A DNA stretch of 10,778 nt from IMG/VR virus record IMGVR_UViG_3300029874_000006, positions 1 through 10,778 of that record; one strand, written 5' to 3'. Positions 10,192 through 10,778 of this stretch are shown here, piece by piece (the first letter of the stretch is position 1; the number at the start of each line of letters is the position of its first letter). A model generated the notes under the pieces. It was not told where the DNA came from. It saw nothing but the letters and a program-made list of their open reading frames with translations, and made no database searches. The position numbers and the translations under genes were made by a program. The DNA comes from a virus. Its lineage: Duplodnaviria; Heunggongvirae; Uroviricota; Caudoviricetes.

Positions 10192-10778
10192 ATGGCAAAA
10201 TGTTCACTTAAAAAATCACCTAATGGAGTCTATGGGGGATATAGTCAAGAATCTATAGAAGAACTAGAAGGCTTTGTGACTACAGCTTTTAATGAAGTTC
10301 TTATGAATGCTGGAGATGGATCAAACGGAGGTTTAATTAAAAAAGCAGTTCGAGATGCATTACATAAAATTGGTGATTAGTATTCTATGAATTAGTTAGA
10401 TAAAATAGCAGAAATTACATAGAAGTTAATTGATAATTCAGAAGATTTAGTATTTTTGAATGAGTACATACCAATAGAGGGTATAAAGAATGCAATAAAT
10501 CCTAAATATAGATAGACTGTAAAAGAATCAAACTCTTCTCTGGGAGAACCAGAGGAGGGTGAGACTCTTGCCAAGAAGTCTCAATTCTTAGATGATGTAT
10601 GGGGCACTAATGTACGATTAAAGAACGCCTATAAACAAGAAGTAACTAATTAGTTAATTAATAAGTTTATTATAGATAGAGAGCATGGTGTAATTGTAAA
10701 AAATGCCGGGGACGCTAACCGAAATATTCGGGACTATAAGAATAAATTATGGGGAGATATTAAAGAGTATTTAATTGG
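10192..10778 (+). CDS. Hypothetical protein, 3'-truncated (>195 aa), TAG=Gln; probably the next large virion cargo protein
   Basis: ATG at 10192 lies one base after the upstream TAA. Frame 1 (MAKCSLKKSPNGVYGGYSQ...KNKLWGDIKEYLI) stays open to the window end with 5 in-frame TAGs and no TAA/TGA. The supplied ORF 10192..10380 ends at the first TAG. Confidence 0.88.

Noticed and set aside
2432..10574. Minus-strand ORFs 2432..2623, 2738..2920, 8775..9023, 9116..9331 and 10392..10574
   Set aside because: They are short, S/L/F/I-rich antisense shadows lying entirely within the long + strand genes, with no recognisable motifs.
1..10778. Pseudogene or sequencing-error explanation for the many stops
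   Set aside because: All interruptions are TAG, never TAA/TGA. There are no frameshifts over 8.8 kb, and catalytic motifs are intact.
1..10778. Ciliate-type code (TAA and TAG both Gln) or pyrrolysine decoding
   Set aside because: TAA never occurs in frame internally and marks both gene ends next to new ATGs. TAG is far too frequent for pyrrolysine and sits on Gln-consensus positions.

Overview
AT-rich DNA that looks almost non-coding under the standard code but is fully coding on the + strand if TAG is read as Gln (translation table 15). I translated it by hand and found three tightly packed, co-oriented genes with no in-frame TAA or TGA. They are a 5'-truncated gene (<1..1335, >444 aa), a giant gene (1335..10190, 2951 aa, about 107 in-frame TAGs) and a 3'-truncated gene (10192..>10778). 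All five + strand ORFs in the supplied track are fragments of these genes. In the giant protein, an N-terminal Gly/Ala-rich putative membrane-inserting region and long helical segments are followed by an ordered set of superfamily 1 helicase motifs, a Pro-rich linker, small beta-barrel-like modules and about 850 aa of unrecognised C-terminal sequence. TAG falls on the conserved Gln of helicase motifs III and V, which identifies the reassignment as TAG=Gln. The most likely source (inference) is the virion cargo/ejection protein module of a stop-codon-recoded gut phage such as a Crassvirales-like phage. I saw no RNA genes, CRISPR arrays or mobile elements.
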